DNA from: Anaerolineae bacterium
GTDB lineage: Bacteria; Chloroflexota; Anaerolineae; B4-G1; DUEL01
Length of the DNA: 58,559 bases
Direction: 5' to 3'
Assembly (NCBI GenBank): GCA_041082215.1
Contig: JBDOIF010000149.1
Span: forward strand, 1 to 58,559
Numbering within the stretch: the stretch's first letter is position 1; the number at the start of each line of letters is the position of its first letter. Below the pieces are notes generated by a model, which was not told the DNA's origin, did not search any database, and saw only the letters and a list, made by a program, of their open reading frames with translations. Made by a program: the position numbers and the translations under genes. Below, one piece after another: positions 29,215-38,526 of the stretch.

Positions 29215-31104
29215 TCATCCGGAAGTCAAAACGATCGAGGGGTGAAGGGATCGCTCCACCGCCAGCGCCTCCAGCCTGCACACCTGCGCGCACAGGCCGC
29301 AGCCGTAGCAGAGCGCCGGGTCAATCGTCACTGCCTTCTCCCCCAGGCCGAGGGCAGGACAGCCAGTGAGGAGGACGCACCGTTTACAGAGGACGCACTT
29401 CTCCGGCACCACCCGCACCATCCCGGCTCTGAGTCCCCGCCGCTGGGCCTGGATGGCGCACTCCTGCCGCGCCAGCACCACCTTCACCCCAGGCAAGGAG
29501 AGGGCCTCCTCGATTGCCCGGGTGGTCGCCTCCAGGTCGAACGGATCCACGACGAAAAGCGGTTCCACCCCGATCCCCTCGACGATCCGGGCGATGTCCA
29601 CCCGCCGGTTACCGGGTGGCTGGAAGGATTCGTCGGTGCCGGGATTGACCTGCATGCCGGTCATGCTTGTCCAGCCGTTATCCATAATCACCACGGTCAG
29701 CTCCACCTGGTGCTGGACGGCGTTGATCAGCGGAGGGATGCCGGCATGAAAGAAGGTCGAATCGCCGATGGTGGCGATCACCGGCGTCCGTGCTCCGGCA
29801 TGGACGTACCCCTGGGCCAGGCCGATGCTGGCCCCCATCGCCACCTCGTTCCACACCGTATAGAACGGCGGGTTCATCCCCAGGATGGTACAGCCGATGT
29901 CGCCGGTGACCATCACCTCATCTTTGTGGTAGCCCGCCCTCCGGATCGCCTGGTTGATCGCCATAAACGTCCCGCGGTGGGGGCATCCGGCACAGACGGT
30001 GATCGGGCGGGGGGCGGCCCGATCCTCCGCAGACATCCCCTCCGGCCCCCTCTCTGGCACCGACAGCCCCTCCGCCCTGGCGATCCCCCGCACCACATCC
30101 CAGACCCCATACTCGCCGATGCGGCTCAACGTGCCGTCCAGCTTGCCGACGATGCGGCCTCCGAACCCCATCCGGTGGGCCTCCACATAGACCCCCCGCT
30201 CGATGTGGGGTTCCAGCTCCTCCAGGACCAGCACCCGCCCGCTGTGCTCCAGCAGCCGGCGGGCCTCCCCGGCGGGGAAGGGATGGACCGCCCGCAGCCG
30301 CAGGATCGAGACGGTTGTCGGATCGAATCCCAGGCCTGCGGCGACCTCCAGCCCCTCTTCCAGATAGGAGGCCGCGGCCCCTGCGGCGACGATCCCCAGC
30401 CCGCCGGGCCTGGCGGCCAGATCGAGCCGGTTCAGCCCCAGCGACCGGAACTCCTCCCCCGCCCGCTCCAGCCGCTCGATCAGGTCCCGATGCTGCGCCA
30501 TACAGATCGCCGAGCCGGCCTTGGTGAAGCGGGCGATGTCCCGGATCAACTGCGGCTCCCGCTCCGGCGGCTCCGGCGGCTCCGCCACCTCCACCAGCGC
30601 TCTGGAGTGGGCGACCGAAGTGACCAGCCGGACGAGGACCGGTGTGCCCACCCGCTCCGAAACCTCAAAGGCATGCTGGACCAGTTCGCAGGCTTCCGGC
30701 ACCGAGGGGACGTCCAGCATCGGCAGGTCGGCCATAATGGCGAAACCCCGCGTGTCCTGTTCCGCCATCCCCGCGCTCACACCGGGGTCGTCGGCGACGT
30801 AGATGACCAGTCCCCCAATGCAGCCGGAGTAAGCGACGGAGATGACCGAGTCGTAAGCCACATTCAGGCCGGACATCTTCATCGTGCAGAGTGCCCGCTG
30901 CCCGGCCCAGGAGGCCCCTGCCGCGATCTCAAAGGCGACCTTCTCGTTGGTGCTCCATTCCACGTGGACCCCCCGGGGCTGGCGGGCCAGGAGGCTCTCG
31001 ATGGCCCCCGTGGACGGAGTGCCAGGGTAGCCCGCGACCACCTTCACCCCCGCCTGCAACGCGCCCAGCGCGAGGGCTTCGTTGCCTGTTAGTAGTCTCT
31101 TCAT
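29215..31104 (-). CDS. iorA: Indolepyruvate:ferredoxin oxidoreductase alpha subunit-like
   Basis: LLTGNEA, GYPGTPS, WSTNEKVA, CAGCPHR, GDIGC, TPP motif GDSTFFHAG...MDN, and a C-terminal 2x[4Fe-4S] ferredoxin domain. Confidence 0.9.
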   Translation of the reverse strand: MKRLLTGNEALALGALQAGVKVVAGYPGTPSTGAIESLLARQPRGVHVEWSTNEKVAFEIAAGASWAGQRALCTMKMSGLNVAYDSVISVAYSGCIGGLVIYVADDPGVSAGMAEQDTRGFAIMADLPMLDVPSVPEACELVQHAFEVSERVGTPVLVRLVTSVAHSRALVEVAEPPEPPEREPQLIRDIARFTKAGSAICMAQHRDLIERLERAGEEFRSLGLNRLDLAARPGGLGIVAAGAAASYLEEGLEVAAGLGFDPTTVSILRLRAVHPFPAGEARRLLEHSGRVLVLEELEPHIERGVYVEAHRMGFGGRIVGKLDGTLSRIGEYGVWDVVRGIARAEGLSVPERGPEGMSAEDRAAPRPITVCAGCPHRGTFMAINQAIRRAGYHKDEVMVTGDIGCTILGMNPPFYTVWNEVAMGASIGLAQGYVHAGARTPVIATIGDSTFFHAGIPPLINAVQHQVELTVVIMDNGWTSMTGMQVNPGTDESFQPPGNRRVDIARIVEGIGVEPLFVVDPFDLEATTRAIEEALSLPGVKVVLARQECAIQAQRRGLRAGMVRVVPEKCVLCKRCVLLTGCPALGLGEKAVTIDPALCYGCGLCAQVCRLEALAVERSLHPSIVLTSG

Positions 31105-31185
31105 CCATCCCCCTAAAGTACCGTTTGGCAAACTTTCCAGAGACGGTGTATAATTTATTGTGAGAATCCCTTCCGGAGTAGAGAA

Positions 31186-31488
31186 ATGGGGGACATCCCT
31201 GCACTTGATGAGATTCGCAAAGAACTTCGCGACCTCATGCCCTTACTGGCCGAACGATACCACGTTGAATCTGTCGCCCTTTTCGGCTCCTACATTCGGG
31301 GAGAACAGCGACCGGATAGCGATCTTGACATCCTGGTGACATTCCACCAGCCCCCCAGCCTTCTCCAATTCCTTGAGCTAGAACACTACCTGAGCGATCT
31401 CCTCGGCGTCAAGGTTGATCTGGTTATGAAAAGCGGACTGAAACCCCGTATCGGTGCACGCATTCTCCGCGAGGCCATTCCGTTATGA
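31186..31488 (+). CDS. MNT (minimal nucleotidyltransferase) antitoxin
   Basis: [19 protein letters not shown] (GSX10DXD). Candidate promoter TTGGCA 31125-31130 / TATAAT 31149-31154. Confidence 0.9.
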   Translation: MGDIPALDEIRKELRDLMPLLAERYHVESVALFGSYIRGEQRPDSDLDILVTFHQPPSLLQFLELEHYLSDLLGVKVDLVMKSGLKPRIGARILREAIPL

Positions 31489-31832
31489 ACCCTGAGCGCA
31501 CCCACGGCGATTACCTGGAAGACCTGCAAAACGCTCTCGAACGGGCCAGAGAGTTCATTGGCGGGATGACCTTTGCCCAGTTCGAACAGGATACGAGGAC
31601 CGTTTTTGCAGTGATCCGCGCTCTGGAGGTGATGGGAGAAGCCGCAAAGCAGATTCCGGCAGAGGTGCGGGAACGACACCCGAACGTGCCCTGGCGGGAG
31701 ATCGCGGGAATGCGCGACAAACTTATCCATCACTATTTTGGCATTGACCTTGAGGTCATCTGGAAAACGGTGACCGAAGACCTGCCTTCACTGGCCCCGC
31801 TCATCGAACAGGTGATCAGGTCCGAGACCTGA
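31485..31832 (+). CDS. HEPN (DUF86/HepT) RNase toxin
   Basis: MRDKLIHHY (RX4HXY motif); ATGA overlap with the MNT gene. Confidence 0.9.
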   Translation: MNPERTHGDYLEDLQNALERAREFIGGMTFAQFEQDTRTVFAVIRALEVMGEAAKQIPAEVRERHPNVPWREIAGMRDKLIHHYFGIDLEVIWKTVTEDLPSLAPLIEQVIRSET

Positions 31833-31835
31833 ACC

Positions 31836-33203
31836 CTACGGCCTCAACGGCTCGGCTGGGGATTCCAGCGTCGGCAGGAACTGCCCGCTCCCCGGGCCGG
31901 CCACGATCTCCCCCTGCCACAACACCCTGTGCCCCCGCTGGAAGGTCATCACCGGCCAGCCCAGGACAGCGCGCCCTTCGTACAGGGTGTAGCGGGCGTT
32001 GGTGTGCTGGTTCTCAGACCGGATGGTGAACGCCCGCGTCGGGTCAAACACCACCAGGTCGGCATCCGACCCCACAGCGACCGTCCCCTTGCGGGGATAG
32101 AGGCCGAAGATGCGGGCCGGGTTCTCGCAGAGCACCTGCACCAGCCGCACCAGGCTGATCCGCCCTCCGTTGACCCCTCCGTCGTAGGTCAGGGGCAGGA
32201 GCGTCTCGGCCTGGGGGGAGCCGAAGGGCTGCTCCAGGAAGTCGCCGTGGACGTCCTTGATCTTCGGCGCGTGGTCAGAAGCGACCGTCTGGATGGTCCC
32301 GTCCCGCAGGGCGGCCCACAACGCCTCCCGGTCCTCAGCGCTCCGGATCGGCGGCCCGATCTTGGCCAGCGCCCCCCGCTCCTCGATGATCTCCTGCGTC
32401 AGCGTGAGATACTGGGGACAGGTCTCGGCAAAGACAGGCAGCCCCTCCGCCTGCGCCTGTCGGATCGGCCGCAGCGACCGCGCTGCGGTGACATGGGGGA
32501 TATAAAGCCGGCAGCCCACCACCTCCGCCATCCGGATAGCGCGGAAGACCGCCTCCTCCTCCAGCGCGGCCGGACGGGTGGTGTTGAAATACCGGGCCGA
32601 GCGGTTCGGTCCCTTGAGGTACTTGTCCTCCAGATAGTCAATCCCCCCACCGTTCTCGGCGTGGACCATCGCCATCCCGCCCCGCTCGGCCAGGATGTCC
32701 ATCGCTTTGATCAACTGGTAGTCGTCGGTGTACCAGCCCTGTTTGAGATAGGTGAGGAAAAACTTGAACGTGCGGACCCCCAGCTCCATCACGCGGGGGA
32801 TCTCCGGGACCTGCCGGGGAGCCTCGAAGAGGCCTCCGTGGAGGCCGAAGTCGAGGCAGGAGTGGGCCAGCCCGTCCTCCAGCATCGCCTCGACCCGCTC
32901 CAGCAGGCTCTCCCCCGTGCGGGCGTAGACAAAATGAAGGAGGGTGGTCGTACCGCCGTAGGCCGCTACGCGGGAGCAGTCTTCCACCGTGTCCACATAG
33001 ACCGGGTGGACATGGACGTCAATAACGCCGGGAAGAATGTACATCCCCGACACATCCACCACCTCCCGCGCCCCCTCACGCGGCAGGTCCGGCCCGACAG
33101 CGCCGATCCGTTCCCCCCGGACCCCCACATCGGCCCGCTGGATGCCATGTCCGGTGACGACGATGCCGCCCGTCAGCAGTATGTCAAAGGAATTACCACT
33201 CAT
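31836..33203 (-). CDS. Cyclic amidohydrolase (dihydropyrimidinase / hydantoinase / allantoinase family)
   Basis: PGVIDVHVH, GGTTT, FKFF (carboxylated Lys), HAEN, PHV, ASDHAP and NPARIFGL. Confidence 0.9.
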   Translation of the reverse strand: MSGNSFDILLTGGIVVTGHGIQRADVGVRGERIGAVGPDLPREGAREVVDVSGMYILPGVIDVHVHPVYVDTVEDCSRVAAYGGTTTLLHFVYARTGESLLERVEAMLEDGLAHSCLDFGLHGGLFEAPRQVPEIPRVMELGVRTFKFFLTYLKQGWYTDDYQLIKAMDILAERGGMAMVHAENGGGIDYLEDKYLKGPNRSARYFNTTRPAALEEEAVFRAIRMAEVVGCRLYIPHVTAARSLRPIRQAQAEGLPVFAETCPQYLTLTQEIIEERGALAKIGPPIRSAEDREALWAALRDGTIQTVASDHAPKIKDVHGDFLEQPFGSPQAETLLPLTYDGGVNGGRISLVRLVQVLCENPARIFGLYPRKGTVAVGSDADLVVFDPTRAFTIRSENQHTNARYTLYEGRAVLGWPVMTFQRGHRVLWQGEIVAGPGSGQFLPTLESPAEPLRP

Positions 33204-33272
33204 CGTCCCTTCCCCGTCCTCGCAGGCGCAAGATATTGCAGCTTAACAGATTATTATGCCAGTAGCTGCACA

Positions 33273-33336
33273 ACCCTCACCCCTCCCCCTACCGGGAGGG
33301 GATGCCTGCCGCAGGCGGGCGGGGGTGGGGTGAGGG
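33273..33336. repeat. CCCTCACC...GGTGAGGG palindromic repeat, copy 2
   Basis: Inverted homolog of 26763-26853. Confidence 0.7.
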
Positions 33337-33351
33337 TCAAGTTTGGCTGCA

Positions 33352-35679
33352 TCAACTGGCCCGCTTCAATGCTTCCAGCACCCTTTCCGGTGTGATGGGC
33401 AACTCGCGGACGCGGACGCCGATCGCATCGGCGACGGCGTTGGCCACCGCCGCGGCGACCGGTGTGAGGGGAGGCTCGCCGATCCCCTTGGCCCCGAAAG
33501 GCCCCAGGCCGGTGCCCGACTCCAGCACGATCGCCTTTGTCGGGACAAAATCCATTGAGGTCGGGATCAGATACTCGGAGAGGGTCACGCTCTGAGGCCT
33601 CCCTTCCTTCACCACATACTCCTCCAGGAGGGCATACCCCAGCCCCTGGAAGCTGCCGCCTTCGATCTGCCCCTCCACCGCCGCCCGGTTGATCGCCCGC
33701 CCGACGTCGTGGCAGGCGACGTTCTTGAGCACCCTGACCTGGCCGGTCTCGGTGTCTACCGCTACCTCCACCGCGTGCGCGCCAAAAGTGAAGTCCGGAA
33801 AGACCCGCCCCTGGAGGTTCTCCGGGTCGAGGGGGTCGGTGAAGGGAGCCTTGAAGAGGGCCAGGTTGGAGAGCGGCAGTCCTTCGGCAGCGCACATCCG
33901 GACCAGTTCCGCCAGCGGCATGGATTCCTCCGGCCTGCCCCTGACAAACACACGCCCATCGGCCAGGTCCAGGTTGTCCGGCGGCTCCTCAAAATGCTTC
34001 GAGGCCCGGTCGAGCAGGACCCGGCGAACGGTGCTGGCGGCCTGGAGGACGGCGTTGCCGGACATATAGAGGCCCCGCGTGGCGGTTGAGGTGCCGGCCA
34101 GCGGCGTCAGGGCGGAGTCGGTGCTGTAGACCGTCACCTGCTCCAGCGGCACGCCGAGCACCTCGGCGGCGATCTGCGCCAGGCTGTTCACCTGCCCCGC
34201 CCCCAGCTCCGGGATGCCGGAACGGACCACCACCGTGCCGTCCAGCTCAAGCCCCACCCAGGCCTGGGAGGTGTCGTGGAGCCAGGTGATCCGACCGTAG
34301 CTCTGGAAGTAAGAGGCGAACCCCCATCCGATTTTGACCGGACCCTGGTCGGGTGTCTTTTCGCCCAGCGCCTCCAGCGCCCTGGAGGCCGTCTCCTCCA
34401 GCCAGACAGCGCTCTCGATCACCTGCCCGGTCGCGGTCTGGTCGCCCGTCCGCAGATAATTGATGCGGCGAAACTCCAGGGGGTCCATATCCAGCGCCCT
34501 GGCGATCTCGTCCATCTGCTGCTCGTAGGCGAAGGCGGCCTGCGGCCCTCCAAACCCCCGGAAGGCGCTGGTGAACGGGTTGTTCGTGGCGACGGTCACG
34601 CCGTCCACCCGGACATTGGGGATGCGGTAGGGGCCGGTGGCCATCACGACGGCGTAGAGCAGCACGTAGGGGCTGAGGTAGGGGTAGGCCCCGGCGTCGG
34701 AGATCATCTCGATCTCAGCGGCGGTGATCCGGCCATCCCGTCTCACGCCGGTGCGGTGGGTGATGATGAATGGGTGCCGCTTGGAGTGGGCGATGAGGGA
34801 CTCCTCGCGGGTGTAGACAAGCCGTACCGGACGGCGGGTGTGTTTGGCCAGCAGAGCCAGGAAAATTTCGACGGTGATGTCCTCCTTGCCGCCGAATCCC
34901 CCGCCCAGCATTGTGCCGATGATGTGGATTTTGTTGTGCGGCACGCCGACCGCCCGCGCGATGCTGCGGAAGTGCTCGACCACCTGGGTGGAGACGCGGA
35001 TGTTGATCACGCCCCGCTCGTCCACCCAGGCCACCCCTCCCTCCGGCTCGATATAGGCGTGGTCCACAAAGGGAACCCGGTAGGTGTTCTCCACGACCAG
35101 GTCGGCCATCTCCATCCCGGCCCGGACATCCCCCTTGCGGATCTTCCACCGGGCGACGATGTTATCCGGCTCATACACGACGGGCGCGCCAGGTTTCATC
35201 GCCTCGATGGGGTCGAACACCCCGGGGAGCGGCTCGTACTCGATTTCGATCAACTCCAGCGCCCGCTCGGCGATCTCCGGCGTCTCCGCCGCCACAAGGG
35301 CGATCGGTTCACCCACGTACCGCACCCGGTCACTGGCCAGCACCGGGGCTTCCGAACCCTTTCGGACCCTCTGGCCGGTCTGGCCGGGGATGTCGGTGAT
35401 CAACCGGCTGTCCGGCAGGTCCTCCGCCGTCAGCACGCAGGCCACGCCGGGGAGCGCCCGCGCCCTGCTCACGTCCAGCCGCCGGATGCGGGCCGACGGC
35501 TCCGTGCTGCGGAAGACCCGGGCGTGGAGCATATGCGGCATAAAGAAATCCCCGGCGTACACCGTTGCGCCGGTCGCCTTCCCCAGCGCATCCACCCGGC
35601 GCAGGGGCTTGCCCACCAGACGAAGCTCAGGCAGCTCCACAGGGGGGAGGGGCTTGGCCGTGTACCGCTTTTTCCTCAT
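33352..35679 (-). CDS. Xanthine dehydrogenase-family molybdopterin-binding subunit (A)
   Basis: GGGFGGK, AFRGFGGPQ, GQIEGG and catalytic-Glu motif GAKGIGEPP. Start ATG 35679 after SD GGAGG. Confidence 0.92.
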   Translation of the reverse strand: MRKKRYTAKPLPPVELPELRLVGKPLRRVDALGKATGATVYAGDFFMPHMLHARVFRSTEPSARIRRLDVSRARALPGVACVLTAEDLPDSRLITDIPGQTGQRVRKGSEAPVLASDRVRYVGEPIALVAAETPEIAERALELIEIEYEPLPGVFDPIEAMKPGAPVVYEPDNIVARWKIRKGDVRAGMEMADLVVENTYRVPFVDHAYIEPEGGVAWVDERGVINIRVSTQVVEHFRSIARAVGVPHNKIHIIGTMLGGGFGGKEDITVEIFLALLAKHTRRPVRLVYTREESLIAHSKRHPFIITHRTGVRRDGRITAAEIEMISDAGAYPYLSPYVLLYAVVMATGPYRIPNVRVDGVTVATNNPFTSAFRGFGGPQAAFAYEQQMDEIARALDMDPLEFRRINYLRTGDQTATGQVIESAVWLEETASRALEALGEKTPDQGPVKIGWGFASYFQSYGRITWLHDTSQAWVGLELDGTVVVRSGIPELGAGQVNSLAQIAAEVLGVPLEQVTVYSTDSALTPLAGTSTATRGLYMSGNAVLQAASTVRRVLLDRASKHFEEPPDNLDLADGRVFVRGRPEESMPLAELVRMCAAEGLPLSNLALFKAPFTDPLDPENLQGRVFPDFTFGAHAVEVAVDTETGQVRVLKNVACHDVGRAINRAAVEGQIEGGSFQGLGYALLEEYVVKEGRPQSVTLSEYLIPTSMDFVPTKAIVLESGTGLGPFGAKGIGEPPLTPVAAAVANAVADAIGVRVRELPITPERVLEALKRAS

Positions 35680-35689
35680 CGTCCACCTC

Positions 35690-36184
35690 CTACTCCGGCT
35701 TCGCAGGGGAAGCGGCGGGGCTGATCTTCTCCGCTGCAACCTGAATTGCCTGGATGATCTTGGCGTAGCCCGTACACCGGCACAGGTTGCCGGAGATCCC
35801 CTCCCGAATCTGCTCCTCAGTGGGATAGGGGGTCCGATCCAGGAGTGCTTTGGCGGCAATGAGCATGCCGGGCGTGCAGTAGCCGCACTGGACCGCGCCC
35901 ACGTCGGCGAAGGCCTCCTGGAGTGGATGGGGGTGCTCCGCCGTCCCCAGGCCGGCGGCGGTGAGGACCTCCGCCCCATCGGCCTGCCAGGCCAGCACCA
36001 GGCAACTATTGACCGCGCGGCCGTTCAGGAGCACCGCGCAGGCCCCGCAATCCCCCTTCTCGCAGCCGTCTTTGACGTCTATGTATCCCATCTGTCGCAG
36101 GGCGTGGAGCAGCGTCACGTTGGGCTTGAGCGCGACATGGTGGGTATGGCCATTTACGGTCAGGGTAATCAGTTTGGGTTCCAT
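35690..36184 (-). CDS. XDH-family (2Fe-2S) subunit
   Basis: GCEKGDCGAC...NSC, QCGYCTPG and GNLCRCTGY. Confidence 0.93.
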   Translation of the reverse strand: MEPKLITLTVNGHTHHVALKPNVTLLHALRQMGYIDVKDGCEKGDCGACAVLLNGRAVNSCLVLAWQADGAEVLTAAGLGTAEHPHPLQEAFADVGAVQCGYCTPGMLIAAKALLDRTPYPTEEQIREGISGNLCRCTGYAKIIQAIQVAAEKISPAASPAKPE

Positions 36185-36189
36185 AGGAC

Positions 36190-37059
36190 TTACTCCGTAC
36201 TGCGTGCTGCGCACTCCGTGAGGGTCCTTCGGACCATCACTTCTGTCACATGTCGCCGGTAGGTGGCCGAGCCGCGAATGTCGTCTATGGGGCGGGTGGC
36301 TTCGGCCGCCAGCCGGGCCGCCTCGGCAATGGGCTCTGGCTCCGGCAGCCGCCCCTCCAGCGCCGCCTCCGCCTGGCAGGCCCGGATAGGTGTGGGGGCC
36401 ACGGAGCCGAGGGCGATACGGACCAGGCGGCAGCGGCCACTCTCATCGCGGTCCATCCGCACCGCCCCACTGGCGACGGCGATGGCATCCGCTTCCCGCA
36501 GCCCGATCTTGTAGAAGGCCGTCACGCTGCGGGGAGGGGGAAGCGGGACGCGCACCCCGGTGACCAGCTCGTGGGGCTGACGGACGGTCCGGCGCACGCC
36601 GAGAAAGAAATCCCTGAGCAACACCCGGCGCGTTCCCTGGTTGCTGGCCAGCTCGACCTCGGCATCCAGCGCCAGAAGCGGGGGGGCCATATCGGCGGCG
36701 GGGGAGGCGTCGGCCAGGTTCCCCGCCACCGTCGCCCGGTTGCGGACCAGGGGGTTGCCCAGGAGGGCAGCCGCCTCCCTCAGCACCGGGGCGTACTGAG
36801 CGACCAGGGGGTCATCCAGCACCTGTGCCACGGTCACCCCGGCCCCGATCACCAGCCAGCCGTCCTCCCGACGAATGGCCTGAAGCTCCAGCAGGGAGGC
36901 GACGTTCACCACCCAGCGGAGTCGGTAGCGGCCGGACCGCATATCCGGGATCAGGTTGGTCCCTCCCGCTACCGGCATCACGTCCGGCGCATGCTCGGCC
37001 AGCATCTCCAGCGCCTCCGGAAGCGTCCGGGGCATCAGAAGTTCGAATTCGGGCAACAT
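36190..37059 (-). CDS. XDH-family FAD-binding subunit
   Basis: AGGTNL, VRNRATVAGN, ASPAAD and DDIRGSATYR. Confidence 0.92.
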   Translation of the reverse strand: MLPEFELLMPRTLPEALEMLAEHAPDVMPVAGGTNLIPDMRSGRYRLRWVVNVASLLELQAIRREDGWLVIGAGVTVAQVLDDPLVAQYAPVLREAAALLGNPLVRNRATVAGNLADASPAADMAPPLLALDAEVELASNQGTRRVLLRDFFLGVRRTVRQPHELVTGVRVPLPPPRSVTAFYKIGLREADAIAVASGAVRMDRDESGRCRLVRIALGSVAPTPIRACQAEAALEGRLPEPEPIAEAARLAAEATRPIDDIRGSATYRRHVTEVMVRRTLTECAARSTE

Positions 37060-37095
37060 GGGCGCCTCCTCTACGCGAACTCGGAAAGTAACAGA

Positions 37096-38526
37096 TTACT
37101 GCTTCCCCATTATCGCCCGCACAATGGCCGCGTAACCTGTGCAGCGACAGAGGTTCCCTTTTAAATAGTCGCGGACCTCTGCCTCGGTGGGCGTGGGGTT
37201 TTCCTCCAGCAGGCTTTTGGCCGTGATGAGCATCCCTGGCGTGCAGAAGCCGCACTGGAAAGCCGCGTGCTCGATGAACGCCTCCTGCAGCGGGTCGAGT
37301 TCGCCATCCGGCCCAGCCAGCCCCTCCACCGTGAGCACCTCGCTCCCGTCCACAGCGACCGCCAGCACCAGGCAGGAGAGAGCCAGCTTTCCATCTATGC
37401 GCACGGTGCAGGCCCCGCACTCGCCGATCCCGCAGCCGTACTTGGAGCCGGTGAGGTGGAGCCGCTCCCGCAGGACGTTGAGGAGCAGTTCGTTGGGCGC
37501 TACCCAGAGCCGATGCACCTCGCCGTTCACCTTCAACGTGATCTCGCACCGCTCATCCGCCGCCACTCGCTTCCCCTCTCCCGCCTCCTGCTCCCTGCCT
37601 CCTGACTCCTGACCCCCGACTCTTGCTTCCTGCTTCCTGTTTCCAGCCTCTCCTGCCCGCCGCCACGCCTCATACAGCCCGTCGTGGACCATCACCCGCA
37701 CGATTTCCCGCCGATACCAGGCATCCGAACGGACGTCGTCTATAGGGGAGACCTCCTCGGAGGCGATCCCCGCCACCTCGGCCACCACCTCCTCCGTGAG
37801 GGGCCGACCCACCAGCGCCGCTTCTGCCCTCCGTGCCCGGACCGGTGTGGGAGCCACCGCTCCGAAAGCCAGCCGGGCCCCGGCGATCCGGTCCCCCTCC
37901 CGCACTACCCGCACCGCCGCGTTGACCTTCGCCAGGTCGGCAGCAACACGGGAGACCTTGAGGAACGCGCTGCCGGAGGACGCTGGCGGACGGGGGAGGA
38001 CCACGCCTGTGATCAGCTCACCGCGCCCCAACGCCGTCCGACCCGGCCCGAGGAAGAATTCCTCCACCGGCATCCGCCGCTCCCCCCCCGGCCCTTCGAT
38101 CACCACCTCGGCGTCGAAGGCGATGAGGGCAGGGGCGGAGTCGGAGGCGGGGGAGCCGTTCCCCAGATTTCCGCCGATCGTGCCCTGAACCTGCACCTGG
38201 GTGGTGCTGAAGGAGGCGCAGGCCTCGGCCAGGGCGGGGTACTGAACCTGAATCCAGGGGTGATTGCGGATCGTGCGGATCGGGGTCCGAGCGCCGATCC
38301 AGGTATGGTCGTCGCGGACATCAATGCCCGAAAGACCCGGCACACGGCGGAGGCTGATCAGGCAGCGGGGGGCCAGCCGTTCCATCTTCATATGGACCAG
38401 CAGGTCGGTCCCACCGGCCAGCACCCGCGCCTGCTCACCGTGCTCCTCCAGCAAAGCGACCGCCTCCTGAAGCGTCGTCGGCTCCAGGTAGTCGAAGGCG
38501 TGCACAAGAATGTGTGTGTTCGTCAT
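37096..38526 (-). CDS. XDH-family fused FAD-binding and (2Fe-2S) subunit
   Basis: FAD domain (AGGTDL, GTIGGN, DDVRS), a repeat-derived linker, then GCGIGECGAC, QCGFCTPG and NLCRCTGY. Confidence 0.9.
   Translation of the reverse strand: MTNTHILVHAFDYLEPTTLQEAVALLEEHGEQARVLAGGTDLLVHMKMERLAPRCLISLRRVPGLSGIDVRDDHTWIGARTPIRTIRNHPWIQVQYPALAEACASFSTTQVQVQGTIGGNLGNGSPASDSAPALIAFDAEVVIEGPGGERRMPVEEFFLGPGRTALGRGELITGVVLPRPPASSGSAFLKVSRVAADLAKVNAAVRVVREGDRIAGARLAFGAVAPTPVRARRAEAALVGRPLTEEVVAEVAGIASEEVSPIDDVRSDAWYRREIVRVMVHDGLYEAWRRAGEAGNRKQEARVGGQESGGREQEAGEGKRVAADERCEITLKVNGEVHRLWVAPNELLLNVLRERLHLTGSKYGCGIGECGACTVRIDGKLALSCLVLAVAVDGSEVLTVEGLAGPDGELDPLQEAFIEHAAFQCGFCTPGMLITAKSLLEENPTPTEAEVRDYLKGNLCRCTGYAAIVRAIMGKQ

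Noticed and set aside
28861..31092. 743-aa + strand ORF
   Set aside because: Antisense to iorA and the glycine riboswitch, both of which are well supported.
31120..31840. TA cassette as a bona fide mobile element
   Set aside because: No transposase, integrase, terminal inverted repeats or target-site duplication visible.
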